The notes: generated by a model not told the origin, from the letters alone. A stretch of DNA of 60,824 bases from Myxococcota bacterium (GCA_041288095.1 JBGGMJ010000047.1:1-60824); one strand, 5' to 3'. Positions 8,254 through 20,266 are shown, counted from the first letter of the stretch. Translations and numbers: made by a program.

Positions 8254-11171
8254 ACCTCAACCTCCACCGTCGTCGTCCTGCTCAGCGTCTCGCCCTGCGC
8301 CCGCACCGTCACCGTATACGTCCCCGCCGGCGTCCCCTCGCGAGGCTCCGGCGCGGTCGGCGAATCCGTGCACCCGACCACCACCCCCAGCACCAGCCAC
8401 GCAACCCGCCAGCGGCGCGCCGCCGCTCGCAGGACCACAGCCCCGCCCACCAGCACGAGCAACGCCCACGCCGCCGGCGGCACTCTCGGCACCACGACAC
8501 CACTCGCAAGAATCGGCCGCTGCGTATTCACCAGCAAGCCGACCAGCGTGCCGACGCTGGGCACGTCCGTGATCGCAGGTGAGAACGTGCACGAGCCTCC
8601 CGGCGGTAGGTTTTCGCACAGGAACGTCACCCGCTCGGCGAAGGTGTCCGCCTCGGGAGTCAGCGTCAGCGTGAACGGCACCGAGCCGCCGGCGAAAGTG
8701 ACCGCTCGGGGTGGATTCGCGGCCAGGCGGAAACCCTCGAGGTCCACCGAAAACTCGACCAGGCTGCCCGCGCTGCCGTTGTAGTTCACATCACCTTCGT
8801 AGCGCGCTGCCACCGTATGGCTGCCGCGCGTCAACTGCTCGCTGGTGAAAGTCGCGGCCCCGTTGGCAAGGGTAGGGTCGCCTACGTCGACGTCGTCGAT
8901 GGTGACGACGATATCGCCCGTCGGGAGAGGCAGGGTGTCGGCTGAGCGGAGCACCTCGACGTTGACCGTGACGATGCCGTCGTGAATGTCCGCCACCGTG
9001 AGAATCGTGGTGGTGTCCGCTTTGGCGACATCGTGCGTGATCTGTGCCGAGAGGCTGGCCGTGAAGTCACTGGTCGCGGGCAAGAACTGGGCGACGATGA
9101 TGTGACTGCCCGCCGACAAGCTGGTCACGTTCGTGGTCGCCGCGCCGCCGGTCAGTGTTACTTCGGCGAGCTCCTGAGCTCCGTCGGCGATGAAGCGCAC
9201 CGAGCCGATCGGCATGCCGTCGGCGCTCGAGACCGTGGCATTCAGAGCGAAAGCCTCGCCGAGCGCGGTCACGGGCGAGCTCTGGCTGAGTGTCGTCGTC
9301 GTCGGGCCGATGACGGTTACTTGGATGGACTGCGATGTGCTCGGCCCGAAGCGTCCGTCGTCGCTAGCGAACGACGCGATGATGGTGTGCGGGCCAGCGC
9401 CGAGCGTCGACGGATCGAGCGTTGCCGTCGGGCCCACTAGCGCGACTGGCGCGCGATTCACGCCATCGACATTGAACGTGATCGAGCCCGTGGGCGTGCC
9501 GGTCGCCGGCGCGACGGCCGACACCGTCGCCACGATCGGGCCGTCCTGGGCGGTCAGCGCTGTCTGCGTGCTACCCGCGTTCACGGTGTGCGCGACATTG
9601 CCGTCGTTTTCGATGTGGTAGGCGTTGCCGTCATAGACGGCGTTCACGGTGTGCGGGCCGACCCCGAGCGTCGTGGTGCTCACCGTGGCTACGCCGGAGG
9701 TCAGCGTCGCGGAGTCGACGGCGGTCGTGCCGTCGAGGAAGCGCACCGAGCCGGTCGCGGGGAGCTCATAGGTCGTACGCGGCGTCACGATTGCGCTGAA
9801 ATTCGCGGGCTCCGTGATCACGGTCGGGCTGTTGCCGCTGACCGCGACGGTGACGTCCAGGAGGCTCTGCAGCGACCGCAAAAACGGACGGCTCACGCCA
9901 GCGCGGATTGCCCAAGTGCTCGCGAAGTCGAAGGTGAAGCTCCCCTGGACGCGCATGTTCGTGGTGGTGAGCCCAGTCGTTCCGGAGATGGTGTCGCTCG
10001 GGACGCCGCTCGTTTGGGTGTCCCAGTAGACATTCGATGCGCTACCGAACAGCCCAACCTCGCCGATCGCTCCGCCGACTTGATTGCTGCCGGAGACCGC
10101 GCCCGCCGACCACGACGTCGCGAGACTCGATCCCGCGAGCCCGTTGTTGACTCCCACGGAGCCGGCAATTCCGCCGACTCGCGTCGTGCCGGTGACCCGC
10201 ACCTTGCTCATCCCGTTGCTCACGCTCGAGGGGGTGCCACCGACGCCTTGACCATCGGCGCTGCCGATGAGTCCGCCGACGTCGTTCGTGCCGCTGACGC
10301 TACCGCTCGCGTAGAGCCTCGTGAGATCGCTCGCGACCACCGTGCCGACGACACCGCCGACGTTGTTCGGGCCGACGATGGTGGCATCGAGGACGGCGAT
10401 ATTCGCGATGGCGGCATTGGTTGCGCTGCCGGCGAGCGCGCCGACGTTGTCACCCATCGAGCTCACGCCCGGCCGCACGAGGACGATGTTGCTGACCGTG
10501 GCCCCGCTCGTCAGGGCCGTGAAGAGGCCGTTCCCCGAGGGAACGAGGAGATTGACGACGGCATGCCCAAGGCCATCGAGCACGCCGCCAAAGGTCGGTA
10601 TCGGCGTATAGCCGCCGGGATCGACCATGTCGCGGCAGAGCGCGAACGAGCCGGTTGCCGGGAGGGCCGAGAGCTCGCCCGTAGTATCGATGAGCTTGAA
10701 GGCGCTGAGCGAGCCGCTGACGACCGTCGTCGTGAGGTTCACATCGTCGTGGCTGTAGGCGAGGGTGTTCGCCTGGATGGTGGCCGAGCCCGGGAGAATA
10801 CCGCCGACCGAGAGGCACGCCGCGTCGGCGCGCAGCGTCAGAGCACCGCCGTTGGTCGCCGCGAGCGACGCGTTCAGCACGATGTCCTGCGCCGCGCTCA
10901 AGGTCAGGCGCGAGCCGCTCGCCCAGGTGATGTCGTTCGCCACGATGATGTCAGCGTCGACACCACCTGCCGCCACAGTGACGTCGGCGGCGGCGAGGGC
11001 GGTGACCAGCTCGGTCACGTTGAGGCTGCAGTCCGCGGCGCCGCCGCAGTTGTAGTTGCCACCGATGGGCGTGACGGTGGAAGCCGCCGTCGAGATGGTC
11101 AGGGTTCCAGCGAACGCTGGTCCCGCCGCGAGCAAGGTCGCGGCTGCTGCGAGTAGTCGGAGTCTCCCCAT
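8247..11171 (-). CDS. Secreted/surface protein: GLUG-like beta-helical region plus four bacterial Ig-like (group 3) domains and C-terminal membrane segment
   Basis: Sec signal (…GPAFA); repeated NVGGVVG/DVGGLIG/RVGGIAG; Ig repeats with TGSVRF…LGVGPHTVNAVYDG and GSHTVAARYEGDVNY. Confidence 0.85.
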   Translation of the reverse strand: MGRLRLLAAAATLLAAGPAFAGTLTISTAASTVTPIGGNYNCGGAADCSLNVTELVTALAAADVTVAAGGVDADIIVANDITWASGSRLTLSAAQDIVLNASLAATNGGALTLRADAACLSVGGILPGSATIQANTLAYSHDDVNLTTTVVSGSLSAFKLIDTTGELSALPATGSFALCRDMVDPGGYTPIPTFGGVLDGLGHAVVNLLVPSGNGLFTALTSGATVSNIVLVRPGVSSMGDNVGALAGSATNAAIANIAVLDATIVGPNNVGGVVGTVVASDLTRLYASGSVSGTNDVGGLIGSADGQGVGGTPSSVSNGMSKVRVTGTTRVGGIAGSVGVNNGLAGSSLATSWSAGAVSGSNQVGGAIGEVGLFGSASNVYWDTQTSGVPSDTISGTTGLTTTNMRVQGSFTFDFASTWAIRAGVSRPFLRSLQSLLDVTVAVSGNSPTVITEPANFSAIVTPRTTYELPATGSVRFLDGTTAVDSATLTSGVATVSTTTLGVGPHTVNAVYDGNAYHIENDGNVAHTVNAGSTQTALTAQDGPIVATVSAVAPATGTPTGSITFNVDGVNRAPVALVGPTATLDPSTLGAGPHTIIASFASDDGRFGPSTSQSIQVTVIGPTTTTLSQSSPVTALGEAFALNATVSSADGMPIGSVRFIADGAQELAEVTLTGGAATTNVTSLSAGSHIIVAQFLPATSDFTASLSAQITHDVAKADTTTILTVADIHDGIVTVNVEVLRSADTLPLPTGDIVVTIDDVDVGDPTLANGAATFTSEQLTRGSHTVAARYEGDVNYNGSAGSLVEFSVDLEGFRLAANPPRAVTFAGGSVPFTLTLTPEADTFAERVTFLCENLPPGGSCTFSPAITDVPSVGTLVGLLVNTQRPILASGVVVPRVPPAAWALLVLVGGAVVLRAAARRWRVAWLVLGVVVGCTDSPTAPEPREGTPAGTYTVTVRAQGETLSRTTTVEVEVR

Positions 11172-11227
11172 ACCGACAACCTACGTACGAAAGAGGGCGT
11201 TTGGACGCCTCCGCCGAGCAATTTTTC

Positions 11228-11923
11228 TCAGCTCTTTTCGTCCTCTTCGAAGTCGCGTTCGGCAAAGCCATGGCTCAGGACAATCTTCTTGCCCTGCATC
11301 TGCAGGAAGCCCCGCCGCTGGAATTCCGAGAGCACGCGCGACACGGTCTCGCGCGACGTGCCAATCATCGACGCGATGTCCTGCTGGGTCGGACGGCTGC
11401 TGATGACGATCCCTTCATCGGTCGTGTCGCCTTCCTTCTTGGCGAGGTCGATGAGCAGGCGGGCTACACGCCCATACACGTCGAGCAGGGCAAGGTTGCC
11501 GATGATCTCGTCGGCCTTGCGCAGGCGGCGGCTCATCTCGGCAAGGATGTTGACCGCGACCGCCGGCTCGTCGCGCATGTGCCGCAAGAAGTCGTCGCGT
11601 GACAACACCAGCAAGCGCGCATCTTCCATCGCCAAGACGTTGGCCGAGCGCGGCTGCCCGTCGAGCAAGCTCATCTCGCCGAAAAAGTCGCCGGGGCGGA
11701 ACATCGTGAGGATCATCTCGCGGCCGCTCTCACCGTAGAGCACGACTTTCACGCGCCCGCGCTCGATGATGTAGAGCGCGTCGCCTTGATCGTCCTGGCC
11801 GACGATGAGCGCGTCCTTGGCGAAGTCCAAGGGGCGCAGCGACGCCGAGAGCTTGGCGACGCCTGGATCGTCGAGGCCCTTGAAAATGGTTACTTGGCGC
11901 AACAGCTCGGTCTGCTTATTCAC
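11228..11923 (-). CDS. Crp/Fnr family transcriptional regulator
   Basis: cNMP pocket FFGEMSLLDGQPRSA; HTH TQQDIASMIGTSRETVSRVL. Confidence 0.95.
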   Translation of the reverse strand: MNKQTELLRQVTIFKGLDDPGVAKLSASLRPLDFAKDALIVGQDDQGDALYIIERGRVKVVLYGESGREMILTMFRPGDFFGEMSLLDGQPRSANVLAMEDARLLVLSRDDFLRHMRDEPAVAVNILAEMSRRLRKADEIIGNLALLDVYGRVARLLIDLAKKEGDTTDEGIVISSRPTQQDIASMIGTSRETVSRVLSEFQRRGFLQMQGKKIVLSHGFAERDFEEDEKS

Positions 11924-11936
11924 GGATTAGCTCGCT

Positions 11937-13585
<1,649 letters not shown>

Positions 13586-13589
<4 letters not shown>

Positions 13590-14911
13590 GCGTTTCTCGA
13601 CCCTACCACGGCCCTGGGGGCTTGTGCGCGAAGGCTGACCAGACGGGCGGCCACCAAGCGGTAGAGCAACGCCGCGACCTGGAACGTCCCCGACCCGACG
13701 AAGTCGATGATCTCCTGAACGCTGCGCCGGCCATCGATGGCGGCGAGCACCGTAGCCTCCTCCTCGGTGAGGGTGCGGTCGGCGGTGCCGCCCGGCGCCG
13801 GAAAAGGCACATCGTCGAACGACGGGATCGCGGACTCGATCAGCCCCCACTCGTCGACGCGGCGATAACCCTCCATGAGGAGCTCGTCGATGGTCAGGTC
13901 GAAGTCGAACTCGAGGACCTCGGGGGGCAGCCCTTCGGCGCGCTCGAACTCGAAGCTGCCGCGTCCCCAGCGAATGAGCTCGTAAACCAGCTCGGCGGAC
14001 TGGCGCCGCAAGGCGCTGAGCAACTCCTCGCGCGAAACGTAACCGAGCCGGACCAGCTGCGCGCCGAGGAGACGTCGGGTGCCGCGGCGGTTGTTGAGCA
14101 AGACCTCGAGGTCCTTGGGCTCCATCAGACGCTCGCGGACGACGATGTTGCCCAAGAGCAGCTCGTTGGGAATGTTTTCCCCGGTAACCAGGCGGACTTT
14201 GCCTTCCTTCATGGCGATCGAGATGACCAACTGGTCGCGCCGGGCGATGAGGAAGCCGCTTTGGCGCTGCAGCGACAGCAGCTGCAACACCTCGGCGATG
14301 GGCACCATGGCGAAGTCGCCGGAGAGAGCTGGCCCCCCGGGAATGGTGAGCATGACATCGTGGACGGCGCGCGCCACGTGCGGCATGCGCGAAACGCGAA
14401 GCATCTCGGCGATCAGGATCTCGTGTTGGACGCTTTCGAAGACACCGCTTTCGCGGAGTACGGTGGCGAGGCGCTCGAGCTGTGGCGTGACGAGCTCGGT
14501 ATTGAACTCCGTCGGGCGGCGCTGGGTTGGCTCGCGGTTCGACTTGGTCAGGCGGTGCTCGACGACGGCGAGGAGCGCGGCCGGAGCGAACGGCTTGGTG
14601 ATGTGGTCGACGACGCCCATGGTGCGGACGAACTTGTCGACGACGGGGTCACCCTTGGTGCTCATGATGACGATGGGCACGCCTTCGAGGAGAGCGTGCT
14701 CACCGAGCGCGCGGCAGACGTCGAAGCCGTTGACGTCCGGCATGGCGAAATCGACGAGCACGAGGTCCGGCTGGAAGCGCACTGCGTTGTCGACGATGTC
14801 CGTGCCGTGATCGAGGCAGTGCACGGTGTAGCCGGCTTTGACCAGGACACCTTCGACGACCCGCAGGACGATGTGCGAGTCGTCGACGACCAGGACACGG
14901 CCCAGGCTCAC
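13586..14911 (-). CDS. Response regulator with REC and DUF4388 (PATAN-like) domains and C-terminal winged helix
   Basis: VLVVDD…LVDFAMPD…ITKPF; LSGDFAMVPIAEVLQLLSLQRQSG; WGRGSFEF; ELLMEGYRRVDEW. Confidence 0.88.
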
Positions 14912-14918
14912 CCGCGCC

Positions 14919-15452
14919 TCACTGCTGGACGGGTCGCGCGGCCGCGATAGCCGACGCCGCCTGTTGGCAGACCTCGCGGACGGCGGCCGACTTGTCGTGC
15001 TCGCCCATGCGCGTCGTCACCTCGAACGCGTCGAGCTGCTTGCGCAAGCCGGCGAGCTCGCAGCCCGCGGAGCGTACGTCGTCGTCTCGGTGCTCGAGCA
15101 AGCGCGTCAGCACGTCTCCACCACGGCGGGCGGCGCGGATCTCGCGTAGCTCCGCCGCGTGTTGTGGCCAAAGCAGAATGAGGAACAGGGTCGCGAGGCC
15201 GACCTGGAAGGCGGCGCGGGGGAAGGGGTAGCCGTTCTTGGCGACCTGGAAATAACGGTCGATGGCGTAGGCGGCGACGAAGATGGTGAACGCCGCCGGC
15301 GCCGCGAGCGCCGTCCAGATGGGCAAGCTTCCCGTTCGCACCGCGGCCCAGACCTTGTCGGCGAGCAAAAATGCCGCCGCGGCGCTGGTCAGCAGCAGCG
15401 CGAAGACGACGAACCGCACGATTCGCGGTGCTTGGCGAGGTGTATCGTCCAC
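14919..15452 (-). CDS. Membrane protein (3 TM) with C-terminal HEAT-like repeat
   Basis: Three hydrophobic helices then LLEHRDDDVRSAGCELAG and HDKSAAVREVC. Confidence 0.7.
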   Translation of the reverse strand: MDDTPRQAPRIVRFVVFALLLTSAAAAFLLADKVWAAVRTGSLPIWTALAAPAAFTIFVAAYAIDRYFQVAKNGYPFPRAAFQVGLATLFLILLWPQHAAELREIRAARRGGDVLTRLLEHRDDDVRSAGCELAGLRKQLDAFEVTTRMGEHDKSAAVREVCQQAASAIAAARPVQQ

Positions 15453-15507
15453 GGGTGCGGTTTAGCACGAGTTAAAGGTCGGCCCTAGCTTCCGTAGTGG
15501 TTCGATT

Positions 15508-16668
15508 CTAGGCCTTCAAACGCACGGTTTTGCCGGTTTTGACGGCCTCGTCGATGGCGGCGATCACCCGCATATCCTTGAGCCCTTCCTCGCCGGGGGT
15601 GCGGACGGCGCTGTCGTCCAGGATGGCCTGGGCGAAGTGGTCGAGCTCCAGCGCGAACTGGTTGCCGCTTTCGAGCTCGATGCTGGTGCGACTTTCGCTG
15701 CCCGCCGCGTCCTTGCGCGCGACCGAGAGGCGCAGGCCGCGGTAGGAGAACGCGGGGTCGAGGTCGATGAAGCCGTCGGCGCAGTGCACGCGATAGCGGC
15801 GGCTGGCGCCGGCGGCGAAACTGCAGTCGCAGTGCGCCATCGTGCCGGATGGAAACAGCATGGTGAAGGCGACACTCTCCGGCACTTCACGAAAACGCTG
15901 GTCGCCCGGCGACGAGTACGCCATGGCGGTCACGGCCGTGGGCTCCTCGCGGGTCACGTAGCGCGCGGCTTGAATGCTGTAGATGCCGATGTCACCGACG
16001 GGTCCGCCTCCGAGTGGTTTGGACAAGCGAATGTTCGGCGCCTTCACCTGCATGCAGTGGCTCGACGAGAACGTCTTGATGGCGCCGAGCTCGCGCGTGG
16101 CGCACATCTCCATGACCTTCCGGTTGTAGGGCTCGTAGTGCAGCCGGTACGCGATCATCAGCTTCTTCTTGGCGTCCTTGGCGGCGGCGACCATGCGCTC
16201 GCCCTCGGCCACGCTCACGGCCATGGGCTTTTCGCAGAGGACGTGTTTGCCCGCCTTGAGGCCTCGGATGGTGTACTCGGCGTGCATCGAGTTCGGCAGG
16301 ATGATGTAGATCGCCTCGACTTCGTCGTTCTGGGCGAGCTTGTCGTAGCTCGCGTAGTCGTAGATGGCGCTCTCGGCGATGCCGTAGGTCTGGGCGACGC
16401 GCAGGGCCTTGTCACGATGGCCGCTCACCAGCGCGACCGGGCGCGACAGCTTCGACTGCGCGAACGCCGGCATGACCTCGGCGAGGGCGAGCTCGCCTAG
16501 ACCGACGACGGCGTAGCCGATTGTCTTCTTTGGCGGACGAGGGACCTCGAGCGTCACGGGTTGTTTGTCGGGCGGCGCGAGCGAGGCTTGGATGGCGGAA
16601 GCGTTGGTCGTCCAGACGGTCGCGGTGGCGCCGGCGGCGGCGTAGAGAAAGTCGCGTCGCGTGGTCAT
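15508..16668 (-). CDS. Gfo/Idh/MocA oxidoreductase (glucose-fructose oxidoreductase-like), Tat-exported
   Basis: TRRDFL twin-arginine signal; YAVVGLG; AGKHVLCEKPMA; DIGIY. Confidence 0.92.
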   Translation of the reverse strand: MTTRRDFLYAAAGATATVWTTNASAIQASLAPPDKQPVTLEVPRPPKKTIGYAVVGLGELALAEVMPAFAQSKLSRPVALVSGHRDKALRVAQTYGIAESAIYDYASYDKLAQNDEVEAIYIILPNSMHAEYTIRGLKAGKHVLCEKPMAVSVAEGERMVAAAKDAKKKLMIAYRLHYEPYNRKVMEMCATRELGAIKTFSSSHCMQVKAPNIRLSKPLGGGPVGDIGIYSIQAARYVTREEPTAVTAMAYSSPGDQRFREVPESVAFTMLFPSGTMAHCDCSFAAGASRRYRVHCADGFIDLDPAFSYRGLRLSVARKDAAGSESRTSIELESGNQFALELDHFAQAILDDSAVRTPGEEGLKDMRVIAAIDEAVKTGKTVRLKA

Positions 16669-16719
16669 CTTTGGGCCCCCCAGCGGACAGGCTGGGGACG
16701 CTTACGGCGAAGTCAACGG

Positions 16720-17748
16720 CTACTTGCTCTGGTAGATAGCGACCATCTGGTTCGCCTTCTGATTGGCGCGGTCCCAACGGCCGTCGGTGGCGAGCTCGCC
16801 GAACTCCGAGAGCAGCTTCTGGATTTGCGAGCTGCGGCCCTGGTCGAGCTTGGTGTTCGCGTAAGTGCGGTTGATGCGCGTCATCTTGCCTTGCACGAAG
16901 GCGCTGTTGACGATGACCGCGTCGACCGCCTTGTCGAGCTTCAAGAGCGCGTCTTGCGCGCCCGAATAGTCCTTCGACTTGAGTGAGGCACGCGCGTCCT
17001 GATCGAGCTCGCGTGCCGTCGGTGGCAGATCGTCGGGCAAGAGGCCGCGGTATTCCATCTTGCGCATGACCTCGCGGCGCATGGCACCGACACTCGCCGA
17101 GGTGGGGTTGGCCGCGGCGTTGGCCTGCGGGGCGGCGGCGACGACGACGGTGCGTGTGCTACCGGCGTTCGCGAGGAGCGACTGGGCGTCGCGCAAAGTC
17201 TTGACGACCTCGCCTTCGCGCTCGGCGACGGACTTTTCACGCTGCGCGAGATCGGCTTCACGCTTGGCGAGGTCACGCTCGCGCTTGGCCATGGTCTCTT
17301 CGCGTTGCTGGATGGTCTGGGTGCCTTTGGGTTGTTCGAGGCGTCCGATCTTCTCGAGGAGGACGTTCTTGTCGCGCTCGAGCTTGTCGCGGTCGTCTTG
17401 GAAGCTGCGCAGGCGTGCGTTCAGCCGCGCCTCTTCTTCTTGGACCCGCTTTTGGTCGGCCTCGAGCTTGTCGCGCTGTGATTTGTCTTTTTTGGAGAGG
17501 CTCGCCAGCTTCTCGTTGATCTCGGCGCGCTCGCGCTCGATGCGGGCCTGTTCCTCTTCGACGTTTGCGCGCTCCTTCTTGAGGGTCTGCTCTTCCTCGA
17601 GGATGCGCGTCTTGTCGGCTTCGACGACGATGGACATTTCCTCGACGGGGGTCGCGCCACTGCCGGGGCCTTCGTCCTTGCAGGCGGGAAGGAAGCCGGT
17701 GAGCAGGGTCAGGGTCGCGGAGAGGGCAAAGGCTTTGGTAGTCGTCAT
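16720..17748 (-). CDS. Coiled-coil lipoprotein of unknown function
   Basis: Lipobox FLPAC; long E/K/R-rich heptad region. Confidence 0.75.
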   Translation of the reverse strand: MTTTKAFALSATLTLLTGFLPACKDEGPGSGATPVEEMSIVVEADKTRILEEEQTLKKERANVEEEQARIERERAEINEKLASLSKKDKSQRDKLEADQKRVQEEEARLNARLRSFQDDRDKLERDKNVLLEKIGRLEQPKGTQTIQQREETMAKRERDLAKREADLAQREKSVAEREGEVVKTLRDAQSLLANAGSTRTVVVAAAPQANAAANPTSASVGAMRREVMRKMEYRGLLPDDLPPTARELDQDARASLKSKDYSGAQDALLKLDKAVDAVIVNSAFVQGKMTRINRTYANTKLDQGRSSQIQKLLSEFGELATDGRWDRANQKANQMVAIYQSK

Positions 17749-17841
17749 CGTGCGCCCAAAGGTTAGCAGCTAGGCGATTTGCCGCAACTTGGCGCCCAAA
17801 CGGGGGTTCTGTCGGGGTGTGGGTGTACGGTCGCGGGTAGC

Positions 17842-18774
17842 ATGGAGCAGCTCGGCTTATGGCAACCCGGAGGGTGCGCAGAGGTGCCGGCGGAGGCGGA
17901 GTATGGGCCTCCGGAGGGTGATCGACCGTCGTTCGGGGATGACTTTGAGGCGATGGGCGATGACCGGCCGCCGATGACCGACGGCCGAATACCGATGGCC
18001 GATCACCGAGCGCCAAACGCGGATGACCGAACACCGATCGCCGATGACCGACCGCCGATTGGCGACGCCCGGGCACCGGTGGCGGCGACGCCCGAGTCCG
18101 TGGCGCGCACGTTGTCGCGTTACACCGGCCGCGGCATCCGCTGCACGTTCACGCACAACCGCTCGACGATGATTTCCTATCGCGAGCGTCCGGGCGGCTC
18201 GCTCGACATTCGCTTGCATCACATGTTCCTCGACGCGCCCGACCCCGTGCTCGCCGCGCTCGCCGTTTTTCTCACCGGTGGCGACAGGCGCGCCGCGGCG
18301 GTCATCGACGGGTTCATCCGCGCCCGCCAAGCAGAGGTGCCGCCACCCGACGTGCGCTGCGTGCCGCAAGGTCGCTTTCACGATCTGCGCGCGCTCTTCG
18401 ACCGCTTGAACGCCACCTACTTTCACGGCGCGTGCGTCTCACGCATTACGTGGGGCAGCGCCGGTTCGCGTCGCTATCGTCGCTCCATCCAGCTCGGTTG
18501 TTATGTGCGCAGCGAGTCGCTCATCCGCGTGCACCCGTGTCTCGATCAAGCGTTCGTGCCGGAGTTCTACGTGGCGTGGATCGTGTTCCACGAAATGCTG
18601 CACGAAGTGTTCGGTGTCGAGCGGCACGGCGGTCGTCACTCGGTGCATCCACCAGAGTTCGTCGCCATAGAGCAAACCTATCCCGACTACGCGCGCTGCA
18701 AGGCGTGGGAAGAACAGAATCTGCCGCGTCTGCTCCGCTTCCGGCCGAGCGCGAACCGCTTTGGCGTACGCTAG
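17842..18774 (+). CDS. SprT-like/M48-like zinc metallopeptidase domain protein
   Basis: FDRLNATYF…ITWG…LGCY…IRVHPCLD…FHEMLHE (HExxH)…HPPEF; start chosen at ATG 17842. Confidence 0.8.
   Translation: MEQLGLWQPGGCAEVPAEAEYGPPEGDRPSFGDDFEAMGDDRPPMTDGRIPMADHRAPNADDRTPIADDRPPIGDARAPVAATPESVARTLSRYTGRGIRCTFTHNRSTMISYRERPGGSLDIRLHHMFLDAPDPVLAALAVFLTGGDRRAAAVIDGFIRARQAEVPPPDVRCVPQGRFHDLRALFDRLNATYFHGACVSRITWGSAGSRRYRRSIQLGCYVRSESLIRVHPCLDQAFVPEFYVAWIVFHEMLHEVFGVERHGGRHSVHPPEFVAIEQTYPDYARCKAWEEQNLPRLLRFRPSANRFGVR
17953..18078 (+). repeat. Six degenerate 21-bp repeats built from 7-bp CCGA units, encoding 7-aa repeats
   Basis: MGDDRPP MTDGRIP MADHRAP NADDRTP IADDRPP IGDARAP; CGA recurs about every 7 nt. 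Confidence 0.8.
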
Positions 18775-18925
18775 AGCGGTACGCGCTTAAGCGGACACAT
18801 GCCGAACCGCGCAAACGGACAGCGCGGCACCTAGTAGCGAACAGTTTTGATCGTGTCTAGTGCAGATTTCTCTGGCATTGACCCGCCCAGATTGACCACA
18901 ATACCGGACAGGAGATTTTGCACAT

Positions 18926-19198
18926 ATGAAACCAGGTCCCACGCGTCACATCGTTGCTGAAAACCTTCGCCGCGAGCTCGAGGCTCAGTCCCTCAGCATG
19001 AACGAGTTCGCGAGCCACGCCGGCGTGTCGCGCTCGCAGGTCTACGACGTCCTTGCCGCTCGCAAGGCCCCGTCGGTCGACTGGCTGCAGAAGGTCAGCG
19101 AAGCCCTCAAGATCGAGCCGTGGAGCTTGCTCAAGAAGGGCGCCAAGGCTTCCGGCAAGAGCGGCGGCAAGGCCAAGGCCAAGAAGAAGAAGAAGTAA
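18926..19198 (+). CDS. XRE/Cro-type HTH regulator with Lys-rich tail
   Basis: NLRRE…SMNEFASHAGVSRSQVYDVL…PSVDWLQKVSEAL; CAGGAG RBS. Confidence 0.88.
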   Translation: MKPGPTRHIVAENLRRELEAQSLSMNEFASHAGVSRSQVYDVLAARKAPSVDWLQKVSEALKIEPWSLLKKGAKASGKSGGKAKAKKKKK

Positions 19199-19291
19199 GC
19201 ACTCCAAGCTTGCTCATCGTGAGATGGCGTGCGCGCGGCATTGGTCGCTCGCATCAAGCCGCGCCCGCCATACGCAGATCGTTCCGCCCGG

Positions 19292-20266
19292 TTACTTCGC
19301 TACCGCGCCCTTCGGCTCTTCGTCCTTCGCTTCTTGCCGCGGCGCCGCCTCTGGATTGTCGATCACCCAGCCAGGCCAGAAGGTCACGAACGGGTCGCCG
19401 TTTTTCATGCCTTCGCTGACCGCCTTGGCCTCCGCGATGTCCCTCGCCGTGGCCGTGGGTAGCGTGTAGACCGCGGCGAACGGCACCACTGACGCGACGG
19501 CCTGCATGAGCTGCGACAGACCCATGTTGCTGCGCGCGCGGCTCTCGGCTTCGTTGTCGGTGAGCGCGCCCCAGATGGTGAAGCCGGCGGCGAATGCGGC
19601 GGCTGCGACTGGACCGACCGGCCCCCAGCCGACCACGGTCATGGCGCCATTGATGGCGGCCTGGGTCTGCTCGTTACGCAGCGTCGAGATCGGATCGATG
19701 ACCCACGGCGCGTAACATCGTGATCCGCCATCGCGGTCAACGACCTCGACGATGACGCGGGTCGCGACCATCTCGGCGTTGTCGACGCGGCGGATCAAAT
19801 CACGGCCGGTTTGGTAGCGCGAGGCTGCTTCCGTGGCCGCGTGGATGCCGGATTGGACCAGGCGCCCGGCGGCGAGGAAGCCCTCCTTGGCGAGGATGCC
19901 GGTGACCACTACGCCTTCGCGGACACGCGGCGGTGTGCGGTCTGCGACCCAGTCGCCGGCGGAGAGCGCCGCTTCTTTCGCCGCGCTACCGACGGCGCCA
20001 GCGATGCGCCAGCCCACGCTGGGCTTTTGCTCACGCTGGACGGCGGTGCGCACCGCGTCTTCGATGAGATCCTTGAACTTCGCCTGAGCTTCACGCGCGA
20101 CGCCGGCGGGGTCCTCGATCGCGATGGGCTTGGTGCCACCGTTGCCGGTGTTGACGCGGACGGTGATTGTCGCCCAGGGCACCTTGTTGGCTTCGAGGTC
20201 GCTGACCACGGCTGCGAGGCCGCGGGCGTGAACGAGATCCAGTGGTCCAGAAAGCTTTGTCTGCAA
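19292..20266 (-). CDS. Hypothetical protein with C-terminal hydrophobic hairpin
   Basis: 324-aa ORF, GAGG before TTG; hydrophobic GAMTVVGWGPVGPVAAAAFAAGFTIWGAL. Confidence 0.7.
   Translation of the reverse strand: MQTKLSGPLDLVHARGLAAVVSDLEANKVPWATITVRVNTGNGGTKPIAIEDPAGVAREAQAKFKDLIEDAVRTAVQREQKPSVGWRIAGAVGSAAKEAALSAGDWVADRTPPRVREGVVVTGILAKEGFLAAGRLVQSGIHAATEAASRYQTGRDLIRRVDNAEMVATRVIVEVVDRDGGSRCYAPWVIDPISTLRNEQTQAAINGAMTVVGWGPVGPVAAAAFAAGFTIWGALTDNEAESRARSNMGLSQLMQAVASVVPFAAVYTLPTATARDIAEAKAVSEGMKNGDPFVTFWPGWVIDNPEAAPRQEAKDEEPKGAVAK

Noticed and set aside
13590-13850. N-terminal extension of the Hsp70 ORF
   Set aside because: Overlaps the response regulator; ATGA coupling and GIDLG place the start at 13589
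17953-18078. Possible CRISPR array
   Set aside because: Degenerate 7/21-bp tandem units with no spacers and no cas genes
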